NCBI GenBank assembly: GCA_964036045.1
Contig: OZ038379.1
Location: forward strand, 31,558,001 to 31,622,000
DNA: 64,000 nucleotides
Direction of reading: 5' to 3'
DNA from: Eutreptiella sp. 'Long Island Sound 2002'
Lineage: Eukaryota; Protista; Euglenida
Below, in pieces: positions 11,201 to 25,161 of this stretch (positions are counted from its first letter, which is position 1; every line of letters starts with the position of its first letter). The position numbers and the translations under genes are program-made. The notes below the pieces were generated by a model. The model was not told the origin of the DNA. It searched no databases and saw only the letters and a list, made by a program, of their open reading frames with translations.

Positions 11201-14200
11201 AATCCCCTGCATGCTCCGGATGGAATTCGCACACGAAATGAACCCCGCACCAAAACCCCACAGTTGCCCGGTGGACAGTGGGTCGGCTTGTCCTATTTCA
11301 TGACACATCTGACTCAAAACGTCAACAGTAGACCACTGGAGGCCGCGGTCTGCATGCCTGTATTGGTATTGGCGTCTCATGCCGCCCCTCCCCATTCTGA
11401 CCTCTGTGATGTCTGACGAGTGCAATCAGCACCAGAACCAGAACCAAAGACCTAAAATACAGCAAGCAGCCTAAGTGCTGTGGTGCTCAACATCAGCAAT
11501 CCGCGACACGCAGGGTTGTCTCAACTTAACTCGGACAAATGCAGTGCAGCAGAAGTGCGACGTGGCCCGTTTGCTTGCACAGTCTGATGTGGGGGGAATT
11601 GAGGGGGGGAAAGCCTGGCCAAAAAAGTTGGTAGCTGTCACTTGCCGAGTGGGTATTTTGTCCGGACCGTATGTATTACTGGGTCGGCGTCACGCCATTA
11701 TCGTTGCGCTCCCCATCTTCTTCACCCCGCATTGCCCTCATCCCGCCACCTCCATCAACAGTCACTCTATATCTCTCGGGGACATCCATTATGTGCCAAC
11801 ACAGAGCAAATTCGCAATTTTTCACGATTTTCTCACGGTTTGGTCCAATGCACCAAAAAATCGTTCTGTAAGGGGGGGGGGGGGTATGTGTATGCTTTTT
11901 GAAATCTGTGAGAAAAGGCCGTTTCAGAAATGTATGGGTTGGGGGGGGGGTCACAGTTTTGAGCACAGAGGGACGATGCACAGGACGGGGCACTGCTCCA
12001 GGGATCACTCATTATTCTGAATCCGAGTCGTTCTCATTGTTGCCCCTCTCCACAAGGGCTGGGACTCCATTGGGGCACACACCCCCCTGCTTATGATTGA
12101 GATTTTTGTCCGCTTTGGACGATGCCTGCGTTGCTTGCTGCCTCTTTTTGTCACCAGGCAGCTACCATGTCCGCATACAAATTCACTCCACGGGCTGTTG
12201 CTTTCCCGGATGCACCACAGAAACCTTTGGTGCGCAAAAGGGCTCGCTATGGGGGTGCAGAGTGGGCGCAAGTGACTTGGCATCCTGCCAAGTAGGCCAA
12301 GAAACCTCGTATAATCTGTTCACAGCAACAGAGATTCATGCTGTGGGGACAAGTTTGCGATTGTCTACTCCATGACATCAAACGGCCAATATCTCTATCA
12401 TATTATCCGTTGAGGCCTAACTCTTGCATTTTTGAATTCTGCACATCAAAATTCATCAATCTAGCCTATTTGATTGTGTTGTGAGGTAGCGATATGTTAG
12501 AGCTTCCCTGGGCAAAGGGAAACCTGGGCTGCAAACCCGTGCAAGCTGCGCGGCCAGATTGCTGAAAATTCTGGCATCCTCCAACTTCGGCTTCTGATTC
12601 TGCAAAAATATGGTTTGGAGCCCCCCCCCCCCCCCCCCCCCCGAACCCATACATTTCTGAAACGGCCGTTTCTCACAGATTTCAAAAAGTATACACATAC
12701 CCCCCCCCCCCCCCCCCAAGGGAACAATATTTTGGCGCATCGGACGAAAAGTTCAAAAACGCCGGGGAAAATGCCAAAATCCACCAAGTTGGCGCACAAC
12801 GAATGTCCCCGAGAGATATTTCTTCAGTTTTTCCCAATCCTGCAGCCTGCGTGCCTTGACTGGCACCCACCCTGTGTTCAAGGGCATAGCCCAGAGGCCG
12901 TCAGTTGTGAGGTCCATGGACCTTGTGCCATGCAATGGCCTCACTGTACCCTGACTTCACCCATACAAAGCCAGGATGGCGCTCAAGGTTTTCAGGGTCA
13001 GGTGTCAGGCCAAAATCCAACCACTTTATTTTGTCATCTCTGATTAACACAGGCTGCTGCTGATGGTCCAAGTAGTGCAGGAACTGGGTCTTGCAAATTT
13101 GGCGACACGACCCACGGTAGGGTACAAAGTACGTTGTTTGATGGCCCCTGTTTCGGGTGTATTTCTGGGGACCTGCATGTTTCTTTTCTGCTCCAAATCA
13201 ACGTCAATGCAGGTTGCCAGAAATTCATGCTGGGAAGCCTTGGTGGGGTGTTCTTTCCGATCCCAAAACTGGTTTGCAAAAGCAGTGGCCTCAGCGGTGG
13301 AGAGAATCTGGTGTTCCTTGTGGTTGCATGCAGGTTGCTGTGAACCGGCTGTTCGCGGCTTCTTGGCCTGCTTGGCAGGATGCCGAGTCACCTGCACCCA
13401 CTCTGCACCCCCATGCACCCCCAGAGCGAGCCCTTTTGCGCACCTAAGGTTTCTGTGGTGCATCGGGGGAAGCAACAGCAAGTTGCGTGAGTTTGTATAC
13501 AGACATGGTAGCTGCCTGTTGACACAAAGAGGCAGCAGGCAGCAGACGCACTGTCCAAAATGGACAAAATTCTCAAACATGTCGTCAGTACAGCATGCAG
13601 ACCCAGGGTGTTCCAAATAGCCCTTTTCAAGGGCTTTCCGAATTTACCCCACATATCCCCCCCCCCTTTGGGACACTCAGCGGTCACAAATGAAGCAACA
13701 AAGACACCAACTCCTGAAAACGCTCTGTGTTGGCACAAAATGCAACGACCCCGAGAGATATTCTTTCATTCCCCGTTTTCCCCTTGTCCGCTGCTCCTTC
13801 ACACGCACCCTCCTCGTCCGCTCCTGTTCCCACCTTCACCCAGAGTTCCACTCAACAACAAAGGAGTGGGCGTGCGGGGGGTGCCAGACCGTCAGTTAAC
13901 TCCAACGCTTCTTGTTTATTGCATTATTTGCCTCAAACCACCATACCCGCCCCTTTCCTCTGCACCCTCTGTCATTTTCCTCAGGAGGAGAGGAAGCAGT
14001 TGCCGTCGAAGGTGTACACGAAGAAGGCGTACCCCCGCCAGCGTACAATGAAGAGGTGTTGGGACTGCATTGTGAGGGCGGAGGTGCTGGTGTTGCGGAG
14101 GTGCTGGTGTTGCGGGTTTTAAGCGCTCGCACGTGCTGGGTTGTTGGTGTTGTGAGGGCGAAGGCACGGGGGCTGTCAGCGTTGTGATTGAGGAGGAATT

Positions 14201-14522
14201 GGGAGCGAGGATAGGCAAGGTTTTCAGAACGTAAAGACCCGGATGCAAGTCTTTGCTCGTTTCTCCTTCCGACGAGGAGGCGCAAGGGCCAACCCCATCT
14301 CTAGCCCCCCCCAACCTCCGCACAAACCCAGTCACGAAAGGCAGTGGTGAGGGGTAGCAATGTGACTGTTGTGCCTCTGGGGTGTGGAGAGTGGTGTAGC
14401 TGGGGTGTAGCATGCAGCAAAGGGCAACAGGACAGGGGTGTGGTATCCGATGCCTTCGCAATCCGTCGCAGGAGAATGCAGCATTGGAAGCAGCGGAAGA
14501 AGCCCTGGAAGGAGTGGAATAA
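8296..14522 (+). CDS. Gene 1, 3' exons: 8296-8361, 9216-9359, 9922-10080, 10417-10663, 13985-14055, 14472-14522 (TAA); charged coiled-coil protein with acidic low-complexity tail, function unknown
   Basis: All junctions are GT-AG with consistent phases (0,0,0,1,0). The join gives a continuous ORF SAVVWNEQQ...EVLK|AVAGKK...SDYK|APEEP...MAEG|GEEAV...NEE|ENAALEAAEEALEGVE*. Confidence 0.7.
11773..13770. repeat. Cluster of inverted copies of one dispersed repeat family in a gene 1 intron
   Basis: ~11773-11950 is inverted relative to ~12640-12820, and ~12097-12305 is inverted relative to ~13352-13575. A further end copy lies at ~13710-13770. Confidence 0.75.
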
Positions 14523-15614
14523 TGCAGGAGGAAGGGGATTAGCTTGTGAACACAGTCGTTCGGTATGCCCTGCTTGTCTGAGGGACCAAGGCTCCTATGT
14601 ACCCGATTTTTCGGGGGCCCGTGGATACTTGCTTTCCCCCCCGTTTTTCCACTCCGGATACTCAGATGCTTAGGGTGAGTAAAATTTCTTGCCATTTTCC
14701 CTCACACATGCACATCTTTCCATCACAGGATTCCATTTTTCCTTGTCATTTCATACTCACACATCACTCACTCTGTTTCTTACCCACTTCCGCACAGCTG
14801 TTTTCACACACACACATGGACCCCCCTCCGGCATTTTGGCCACATGAGGGCAACTTGTTCATGTCAAAGCGAGAAATTGTCCGGTGTGGCTGGCAATCGG
14901 ACGCACAATCTTCAAAGAAATTGAAGGGGTGTTGGAAGCAGTATCAAATTGGCTGCCAAGTACAGTGGGAGTCGGGCTGGTGTGTGGGGCAATGTGGATG
15001 AAATTTTGAAGATTGTGGTTGTTGCGAAATATGAGGAGGCCAAGCTATTGATTCCTGAGAAAAAGGCAGAAATGCTCTCATGCCAGAAGTATTTTGTCGA
15101 TGCACTGCATTTTTCTGCATTTTTTTCGCTGATTGCACAATTGTTCCCCTGCATAGTTGGGATGTACCTTACACGTGCAATGGAGAAGACATCCCGAATT
15201 CTTGTGCCCATGTTGTGCTACAATTCATGTCTCGTGTCTCAATTTCCATCCATTTTGAACCATTTCCCACCATTCCCCTCATTTCCCCATTCCCCCCCAT
15301 TTTTCTCCATTTCCCCCCATTTTCCCACCATTTTCCCACAGTTTCCCCCCATTTTTCCATTTTCCCCGTTTTCCCACGGGCCATTCGGGTGTCAGGGACT
15401 TTCGGATTCGGGTACGTAGGAGGGTTGGAGGGAAGACTTCATCCCAGGGGCCAACAGCCTCCATTGGAGAGGATGCCTCCACCGCCGGCATGGAGTGTCT
15501 GCTTGGACGCATCTGGCCAATAGCGAGGAGGGCCGTTGCATTACTCTGTGTGGACCCGACACAGAGCAGTGAAACAGTCCAGGGGTTCCGTTGCCAACCC
15601 CCCAATGGAAAGGA

Positions 15615-15790
15615 AGGGTGTGTGGGGAGGTAAGGATAGGCAAGACCGGAAGAGCCAGGGCATTAGGTGGTGAGAGGCCAATGGGCACCGCCACTTACGG
15701 AGGAAAGGGGTTTAGGGAAAGGACGAGAGTGAGTGGTCAGAGGCCAATGGGCGCCGCCAGCTTCAGGCAGCAATCCACTCATGCGTCATA
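15615..15790 (+). repeat. Dispersed SINE-like repeat, second copy at ~29292-29467
   Basis: GGGAGGT.AGGA.AGGCAAGACCGG...CAATGGGCACC.C...GGAAAGGG...GGCCAAT..GCGCC..C.GCTTCAG.CAGCA is shared. Confidence 0.8.
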
Positions 15791-18006
15791 AGCCCCCCCC
15801 TGCGTCGCGATGTGGAGGAGGACAAATTGCGAATCACGAAATCCTCTCTGGAGCCCTTTGGAAGGGCAGTCTGAAGACTCCTGATGGCTTCATTGGGCAG
15901 TGATGGCCCCTAGGCAAATGATTTTTGAATTTGCATTCCCGCCCATGAGACATCCCTTGAACTGATCAGCGCAGCATGGGGGATCGTTTGGGAAGGTCTG
16001 TGTTGGGGTAGGCACCCCATCCCCCCACCCCCTGGGGCGGGGGCGCCATTTGTGGTGCGCCAAATTACGTAATCCATAAGGGGGAAGGGACCCCCCACTA
16101 TATCCATCCCTCATTGAGAGGCCTGGGGCTTGAACGCATGGCAGGAGTACAGGCGGGGTGTCCTGGTGTTGAGTATTGTCCTCATCAGGAGGCAGGTGCT
16201 GTGAGAAAGGGCGGAGGGGCGAGGGGGTGAGCCTTTGGGCAAGACATTGCAGATTCCGTTTCGGGATTTCAAGCAGTTGTGAGCATGTGTGATCCATGAA
16301 TTTATGCAATTTATGCAACAGTATTGATGTTGCCTTTGGTGGGCCCTCTGGGGCTGAGTACCCCCTGTTCACCGTTTTTGCCGGTGCGAATTGTACAATT
16401 TGAAGTTGTTCCCAAAAGGGGCAGAGCGTGTCCAACCGCAGAGCTGGGGCCTTGGGGTGTTTCCTGAGCAGACACCCACCCTCACACGAGATGTCTCACG
16501 AAAGGCATCTCTAGAGACATGCGAAACACTGTGTGCAATATCCAGAGGATAAAATGGCAGACTGTCAACGCATTTGTTGATGCCACAGGATGTACATCAA
16601 GTGATGGGCGCGCAATGCTGCACTTCCCTCCCCGCTTTCTTCAAGCCTCCAGACCTTACTTCATAGGCTGTTGGGGGGCGCAGTCACTCCGGGGCTCCCC
16701 TCCTGCAGCTGCATGCCTGGCCATGCGAGTGCGCTTCCTCGACCGTTGAGGTTGGGTGTATGCGTGTTGTAGTGGAAAGATATGGAGAGGAAATCGATGT
16801 CCCTGCGCTCTTGCTCCGCACTGCCGCTTTCTCAGGACCCGGACCCAGTGGATCGTTTCGATCGCGTGACTTCACAACGCCGGCACAGTTACTGAGGGTT
16901 ATGCCACCCCCCCCCAACCCCCGGCAGCAACACCACTTTGCACCCCACTGTAATCTCGTGTGGGTGGTGTTGACACACGTCCCCCAGGAAGCCCGCCCAC
17001 ACACAACAGCCCCTTCAAAGACCCACACCCAGTCCAAGGGGGCATGGCAACGCGGTGCCCGCGCTGCGCAAATGCAGTGCAACGCCCAGTACGGTCAGAC
17101 TGATTGGGGGGGCGGGGGCAGCGGTCTGTCATTTCCTTGGGTTTGTGTCAGTGGAGTGCACTGCCCCATGTCGGTGAAGGTTGTACCCCCGGCCATTCAT
17201 GTGCACAATGCCCACACCCACTGGCACATCAGAAGACCTTTCGCTGGTGTCGCGATATCGAAAATCCAAGCACAAAGTCATGGCCGCGAGGGCATCTCTG
17301 CCGCAGGTCAAGATGCGTCGTACGGGCCCGGGGGTGCGAGAGGCAAAACGTGCCAGCAATTGAGACAGCTTTGAGTTGGAGGTGACAAGGGGCAACAAAC
17401 ATAACATGCCACTCCGATGGAACACCGGGTTATGGGGCCTGCGAAATGCATCACTTTGCAAAATTTTCGCGTCCTCACGTCCTGTTCAGCGATCAGCCTC
17501 ATGCTGTGCATGAGGCTGTCGCGACGTCGAGACGAGTAAAATTGTAATTTTCCTTTTGCGGACGGTATGTCTGCAGTGCGGCTCGCACCACGACATGAAC
17601 GACCGCGCTGTGCGCCATGTCACCCCAACGCAGAACAGAGAACTGAGGAGTGTCTGGGTGTCGTACCCTCTTCAAACAGTCGCCAATGGACTTGGCGTCC
17701 CAGCCCTTGTGTTGGCAAAACTGGACAGGCCCATTGGATGATGCTGCAGCGTGGCTGATGACGCCAGGGGTCTGCACTAGTGATGATGATGCAGGCCCTT
17801 GACATCTCAGCCCCCCCCCCCCCCCCCCTCCCGGGCCTTCGGTGATTGGGAAAGTTTTTCTCAGGCTCCTTCAGCGCAGATCAATGAAGATCAAAGGGGA
17901 TTTCGTGCCTTCGGGGGTTTGAGGGGCAGGGTGTTTGAAAAGAAAGGCAGAGGGTGCCCACTGTGTGCCTCGAAGAAGCTCCCGGTGGACGGCTCTGCCC
18001 ACACTG

Positions 18007-18080
18007 ACTGTGTGTGTGTGTGTGCGTGCGTGTGTGTGTGTGTGTGTCTGTGTGTGTGTGTGTGCGTGTGTGTGTGTCTG
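18007..18080. repeat. (TG)n microsatellite
   Basis: Direct inspection. Confidence 0.95.
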
Positions 18081-19289
18081 ACACCCGTTGGTGCGTGGTG
18101 TACATTCACACCTTTGCTTTGCGCTTAGTGTATGCGTGGCGGCTTTGTTTGTTTGCCGTATCCCTCCGCCACTTTCATGAACCACCCGCCTCCCTCTCTA
18201 ACCCCCTCTTCAGGGGGACCCTGGCCCCAGCACAACCACTCGGGGGCTGTAAGGGGTCGGGATCAGGTGCGAGGTACCGCAGGGGCAGCGCCCCCTCTCG
18301 ATCACACAGTCTGGGTCGCTGCAAGCGCTCGTACACACAGCAGGACCAGTGCTGAAAGCCCCCCGGAATGGGGTGCAGGGCTTTCGGAGATGAGGGAATG
18401 CGGAGACACCACATATACCCTGCACGCCCTGTACCAGTCTGCACGACGCACACCCACCAGCATGCGCACAGAATTAGTGAGAGTGCCCATCTGGGCCCCA
18501 TAGTCTTGAGAAGACACACGTGTCGACCAGTGGAAGGGCGCGTCCACGGCACTGTGCAACTATTCCGTAGATCGACGTCCTCTGGAGCTTTTGCGAGCTC
18601 CATTGGCGGCTGACATCTGTTTGCCAGTCTCCCAGTGTGAGATGTCACGCGTACCGTAGGATTTTGCATGTCTGCTACTGCAGCAGTGGGCAGCTTTTGT
18701 TCAGGGGCATGCATCCCCGTCTGGCACCAACACACTTTTGCCAACCTGCTCCTGCTGCCTGTGCAGTGACCTCGTGCCCCATTTCTGTGTCACTCTAAAG
18801 GGTGCAGAGGCATGAAGTGGGCACAGGGATACTTGGGCAGGGTGGAGGCTGCCAGCGCCGGGGAGATCTGTTGTGGAAAGGGTTTGCGCAGTTGCCACGG
18901 TATCAGGGAGGGGCACGGAGGGTCCTGCTGGTCTGAGACGGGGGGGGGGGAGACTGGCTAGCGCTCATGCAGTGCATCGTCGCCGCTGCAAACCACCGAT
19001 GCAGTTGCCCCTCTGACCAGAAACTACAACTGCTCGCAGCCATTATGCAGGGGATCAAAGATGTGTTATCAGCTCCACAGTGTCCTGGTGCCATCCTTTC
19101 GTCGACCCAGCTTCAGGTTGCACATGGTCACAGCATCGAGTCCCGTTGTCTCCATTCGTTACGACACAACAGCAGTGCAGGGGGGAGCGTTGGGCATCTT
19201 TTTTGACCCGTGCCCCACCGGTGACCTTTTGGGGGGGTGCACTAAGCGCAGTGTGCGCACACTGCAACTATTTGGATGTCTAGCCGTCC

Positions 19290-19772
19290 TAGAACCCCAT
19301 ACTTTGTGATACTATGGTCATTGTGCCATTCATTGGAAGAAAGAATGGTACTTCAACAGCCTGCCAACAATCCTACAATGACATGCACAGGTGGTATAGG
19401 GCACACATTGAGCAGCTGTTTGCTCGCTTGTGGCATTGGGGCTTGGTTAGGAACATATGGCGTGGCGGCCCCAATGAGTTGCACCAGTCAGTCCGTATTT
19501 TGTTGCATTTTACGCAATTTTGCATTCACAGGCAGGTGCGTCCACCCCCCTATGGACCAGGGGAGCATGTCCCGCCTCATGTTTGGACTGACAAAAGCAA
19601 CTCGGCCACCACGCAAGATGAGGTAGAGGATGAGGCAGAAGTGTGTGTTGTGTGTTGTCAGAAGCGTTCCACCATCACAGTTTGTGGTGAGTGTGAAGAG
19701 CACTATTGTACTGAATGTATTGACACACACGCTTGTGGGACCAATGTTGTTTGTGAAGTACAATACAAATGA
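19290..19772 (+). pseudogene. C-terminal fragment of a PIF/Harbinger-ISL2EU-like (DDE_Tnp_4) transposase with Cys/His-rich tail
   Basis: IVPF...YNDMHRWYRAHIEQLFARL..W matches the 'N..H...R..VE..F..L' catalytic-Glu helix. The tail reads CVVC...CGECEEHYCTECIDTHAC. Confidence 0.6.
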
Positions 19773-22700
19773 CATTTGGTGTTGTTGAATTCACAGCTAT
19801 TGCCTTATTATGCAACATGCTTTGTAGGGAAGGTGTGCAGTCCAACGTGGTCTATTTGGGGGGCTTCTCCATGAGAGGGTAAATCTGGGGCTGAAGTCGG
19901 GATATTTAATAGAAAAGTAGCACGCCGGGCACGCGCCGGGCAAACACTCCCCCCAGAGAGTACACCAGTGAACAGTGCGGAAGCAGAGTGTCCATAAGGC
20001 AGGGCTGCCATTCCAGGAGGCTCGTTCATAATTGTGAAGCCGGATGAAACCAGCACCCGGGGGCACACGGACGAAGTGCACTTTGGGGTCTGAGATGCGC
20101 AAATCTTGTATGCGTCGAGATCAACCGTGAGAGTGCGGGGGGCATGCAGCAGCGCCGGCCTGTGGGGCCATGGGGATCGTGATGACTGCAGCCCGACACA
20201 AAGGGCCCGTGGGATTTGTGTTATGCGTAAATCAGGGTATCGGCCCCAGGGCCTATCTGTCGGACAAAGTCTGTATTTGTAAAGAGACCTGAGCCAAGTC
20301 GGAGGGTGTACGATCGGCGTATGATTCTGGACCCCTTGCTACCTGTTCAAACATCTTGACAGTCAGCCCTGCGGGTTTTGGATCTCACACACGTTGTAGG
20401 TTTTGAGATTGGGTGGCAAGAGCAGGGCACTGTATGCTTTACCATTTTTTGTTGGCGCCTTGTGATAATGAGGAGACAAGGATGAGTAGAGTAGCATTGC
20501 CTGACCACGGGGGTTGGAGGACATGGGCTGCAGCCTCTGCACATCTGAGGCATGACACATCCTGATTTCTGACCAAACCCTTTGTAAAGTCTCTTGGGGG
20601 GCCATGGACCCATGAGACTATGATGGTACGAGATATTGAGCCCATTTGATACGGCAAACAGGCCACAGTGGACCGCCCTGTACAGTGGTAAGTCTGGTAG
20701 GTCGTGTAAGCTTGTCAGGGACCGCTTTCTGTACTATCGTTTTTCTGTACGACATTCTTTTACATTGCGTCTTCGAAATTGACACGCAGACTGATACTGG
20801 TGATGGTACCAGATGTGTTTGGGTAATCGTACCCCTTGAGTATGCTGTTTTGGCTGCCTCGTGCAACCGAATGTCAACTGTCTTTTCGGGGGTAGTTATC
20901 TCAAATGGGTGTGCGCAGGGTTTAAGTCTTTCGTGTCACCCACCCACCCCAACACAAACCACTGGACTGCACAGTCGCAGTGGCATTCTGGACCAACTCA
21001 GACAACTGAGGCTTGATTCTTTTGTACCCGCACTTGGATCACCACATTTTGTTTGATGAGGGAGGGAGTATCACTAGCGCGCGCTCTCTCTCTGTCTCTG
21101 TCTCTCTCTCTCTATCTGTCTCTCCCTTAACCAGGCCTGTCAGCGAACTTTTGCACTGCTCTGTGTACGCACAGCGGACACTGGGTGGAACAACTGTTAC
21201 GGGTCTATCTGTCTCTCACCCCGCCCCATTTCTCTTCCTCGGTCTCTGTGTCACAGTCTCTGTCCCTGTCTCTGCCTCTGTCTGTTTGTGCCTTCGCGGG
21301 ATGCCATTGAATTGCGTGACGGCCATCAGCGGTCTTAACGTAAGAGGGTACAAAAGGAGCTTGACCCTTTTGCCTGAAGAACAACGGTGGCCGTCACGTG
21401 ATTCAACGGCATCCAGTGAGGCACAGACAGGGGCAGAGACTGTGACACAAAGACAGAGGAAGAGAGAGAAAGAGCCCTAGCGAGCGAGTGAGCAAGTGAG
21501 AGAGATAGCGCCGGTGATAGTAACAGAGACAGAAACGAAGACAGAGACAAAGGGGGAGACCTTGCAGTGTGTGCACCTTTGTTGCTGGAATGCATATTGT
21601 ATACCCACAAAAACCATGACCTCCCAAGAGTACAACCATATGCACCAAAATCAAAAGAATCAACTCAATGTACCAGCATGAAACAATGTGGAGAGAATAG
21701 TTTAGATTTGTGAGAATGCAACGATGGTGGTGTTTCATGTCATGTGTCTGCTCACCATCCTAATGGTATGTCTGACGAAGGCACTTGCTATTTGACTGCG
21801 TGCAAAACATGCCCATTCATGGTCATTCATTTATAGTTGTCTTTTGCAGGTGTAAAGGTCTACACTCACGGTTACTTTGTAAGCCACTCTGGTATCCTGT
21901 GCCATATCAGGGTCAAGCTAGGAATTGGTGTCGTCTCCCATACCAAACCCTGCCAAAACGGGCAAGAAAGAAGTAGAATGAAGTGAAGAGCACACAATGA
22001 ACAGTGCAATTGGCAAAGCAACCACACCACAATTTACCCATAGGAGGTGGTATTGACAGGCAGGGGCTGCCACGTGTTGCGCCTTTACAGCCCCAGCCCC
22101 AGCCCCACACTTTTGCACCACCACACTATTGTCACTTGCTGTCGACCATCGGGAGCCACAACCTGCCTAAAATCCTCCTTAGACCCCTTCGCCATCCACA
22201 CACCAGAAACCCATATGCTGCTTCACGCACACTCGCCCATCAATTGCACCCACACTGTGATCAAAGAGATTCCGAAGGCGTACACTGGGGACAGTGTCAT
22301 CTCTTGTTAGCTCCACCAGCCCTGAATGCGGTTGTGTTTTTGGCGTCTGGCCGCTTTTCAGCCGCAGAATTTTGCAATATTGCATGTTTCATCAGCACCC
22401 ATCGAACTGTGTGGGAATTTGTGCATGAAGACCTAGACATGACATGAAAAATGAAATACCAAATGAATGCCAAATTTCTACAGTTGTGCCACCACCCCCT
22501 CTTCACAGCAACAGGCACCAAACATGGCGGAAACAACACAGGGTGTTGTTTCCAGTGTTGTTTGGACAAAGCTATTGGTTGTACACAACCCTATGATACA
22601 TGTGCACAGGACGTTGTACTGGAAAATGGACCATTGGTGACAGGCTGCACCCCCACGTAGACGGCCCAAATATCCAGCACAGGAAACCAATCTCAGGCCA

Positions 22701-23137
22701 CATGAGCAGACAACGCTAAAACAACAGCAAATTGCTCCCGTTTTCTATTCCAACCAAACCAAGGGACCACAAAACCCACGGTTCCAACAATTGCAGAGCC
22801 GACGATAGTGTTGTGTGTTGTCTGCAAAAGGGCGGGGGGAGAGGGGGAAGGTGAAGTGCATTCAGTGTGCAAACACACCTCATCACAAAAGGGGCAAGCC
22901 AGAGAGGAACACAAATGCGCATCATGGACATTTAAAAACGGTGAATTTGATTCGTTGGTCTGCTTGGCCACCAAATGAGACTACTCCACAGACCTCCCTT
23001 TTGTGCCAGTGTGAACTCGTAAGGGGCCGCTTTCTGTACAATAGTCTTTTCCATTGCGTCTCTGAAATTTACAGGGGCCACCGCAGGTCATGTATGCGTG
23101 TCAACGCTGTGTCCTGAGCTGTCGGTAGTCGCACTGC

Positions 23138-24175
23138 ATGGGCAACGAGCAGAGCGGTGAGAACGGTGATCGCGATGCCCCTAACAGTCCTCCCCCATTG
23201 TTTGCGCCCGAGAGCGCTCAGTCCTCGAAGGAAACGCGACACAACCCCGACATCATCAAGTTCGAGGATGTGGTCGAGGCCAGCGACAGCGACCCCAGCG
23301 ACGGGGATTGCTCCGACGACAGCGCTGAGGACTGGCACCCCCGTGTGCACGACCTCGGGGCCGCACCGCGGGGGCCGAGCCCCGTCGGGGCACGGAAGGC
23401 CGAGCCTGCCCCGCCGCCGCTCTTCAGCGGCGGCCCCTCGACGGCCCCTCCGCGTGCGCGCGCAGAGCCCCCGGCAGCGACCTCGGCCCTCTTCCCCCGC
23501 GGCACAGCGGGGGGGGCGGCGCACACACCCACCGGCGTCCCTCCAGCGGCGCCTGCCCTGCTCCCCAGCAGTGCCCCTGCCCCCGCACTCGCAGACACGC
23601 ACATGGGGTCTTTCCGATCGCATACATCATCGCTCTCCTCGTCACGCGGGGGCCAGCGGCAGCCCCTGCCTGTCACGCTGTGTGTGTTGGGGGTCGAGGG
23701 GCTGCAGGGCGGAGCTGCCCCCCTCAGCCCGTACGTGCAGATCCAGAGCGGCCCGCGGCAGTTCCGCACGACCACGCGCTGGAACACCGCAGCCCCCACG
23801 TGGGACGAGACCTTCTCCTGGACGGCGAGTTCGGGCGATGTCCTCGTCCTGACCGTCTTCAGCGACGCCGCCGACGAAGGCGCAGACACGTTCTTGGGCG
23901 GCGTCAAGATCCCGCCGGCGCAGCTGCTGACGGCGCTGTACAGCAAAGAGTCGCTGGTGCGCACGCTGAGCGGCCCGCACGGCCCTGCGGGTGTGATCGT
24001 GGCGCAGATACTGCAGGGCTCCGTGCCAGAGGAGGACGCACCGGATGCTTCAATGCAGGGCCCGCCGCCCCCTTACAGTCGGCCCTTCGAGCCTATTGAT
24101 GCTTCCCCTGTGGCGCCGCGGATGACGTTCAGCCCCGCAACAACTCCAGGGGTGTCCAACCAGTCGTCCATCAAG
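23138..24175 (+). CDS. Gene 2 exon 1: N-myristoylation motif, Pro/Ala linker, C2 domain 1
   Basis: Starts MGNEQS (MGxxxS). Contains the C2 pattern VTLCVLGVEGL...SPYVQI...TTRWNTAAPTWDETF...LVLTVF...DTFLG. Donor AAG|GT at 24176, phase 0. Confidence 0.85.
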
Positions 24176-25161
24176 GTTTCCACTCTTCCTCTGCACCTTT
24201 GTGCGTGAGGAGGCCTGTTCTTGATGGTGACCCTCTTACATCGCTTATTGGGCTTGTTTTTTTTCCTTTTCAGGCGTCGCTGGAGGTACCCCCTGTGGGA
24301 GGTGATCCTTGGTGATCGGTGTGTGCCCTTTGTTACACTATCCCACGTCACATGTAGTGGAGAGCACTGCAAAGTTGATGGTCTGGAAATGACTGATTGT
24401 GAAGCCCGTCAGTGCTGCAGGGGTGTGGACGCCATAGGGGCAGAGATTCTGCAACGGGCCAACATCGCACTCTCATCCACAAACCCCCCCACGGTCCTAA
24501 CTTTAAGCCTTGGGAATGGCTGCGTGTTAACTCTGCTAACTCTGCTGGGACTGAGTGCCGCTGGCAGCGACGCTGCAATGTCGAGCAGTGGGTTTGCTCT
24601 TCTACCCTGACCCACAACCTCGACGCCCCGCCCCCTTTCGGGGGACACAAATGACTTTGGTCAACAAAACACCGGGTACACAAAACACATGGCACTGGAC
24701 ACCAGTTGTACTATGTGGTATCCCATCAGCCTTTAAGAACACCCCCTCACCCCCAACCCCAACCCCACAACAATTCTGTTACGGGTAGGTGTCAGGCATG
24801 CCCCAAGTGCCACATGGCGGTCTCGTGGGGGCTGTTTCGCAGTGCCGGCTGCCGGGGGTCGAGTTGGCACGAAGTGGGACAGCTGACGGCTGACACAACC
24901 TGAACAAACCTTGAACCCGCAGTAGTTTCTGCACTCTGGCCAATCAGCATCGCCTCGGACAGAGCGCAAAAGAATAAAACTATTATTTAATTCTGTCTGC
25001 TGTGCATTATGTGCACCAGCCAATTCAAGCCTTCTGGTGGGTTGTGGGTCGCAAAGGGGGTGCTCTTGCATGCAGTGCCGCGCCTTTAGCATACAGCGAA
25101 TGGGGTTATAAGGGCCTCCAGATGGGCTGTTACATTTGTCTCCACTTTAACAGGCCCCCTG

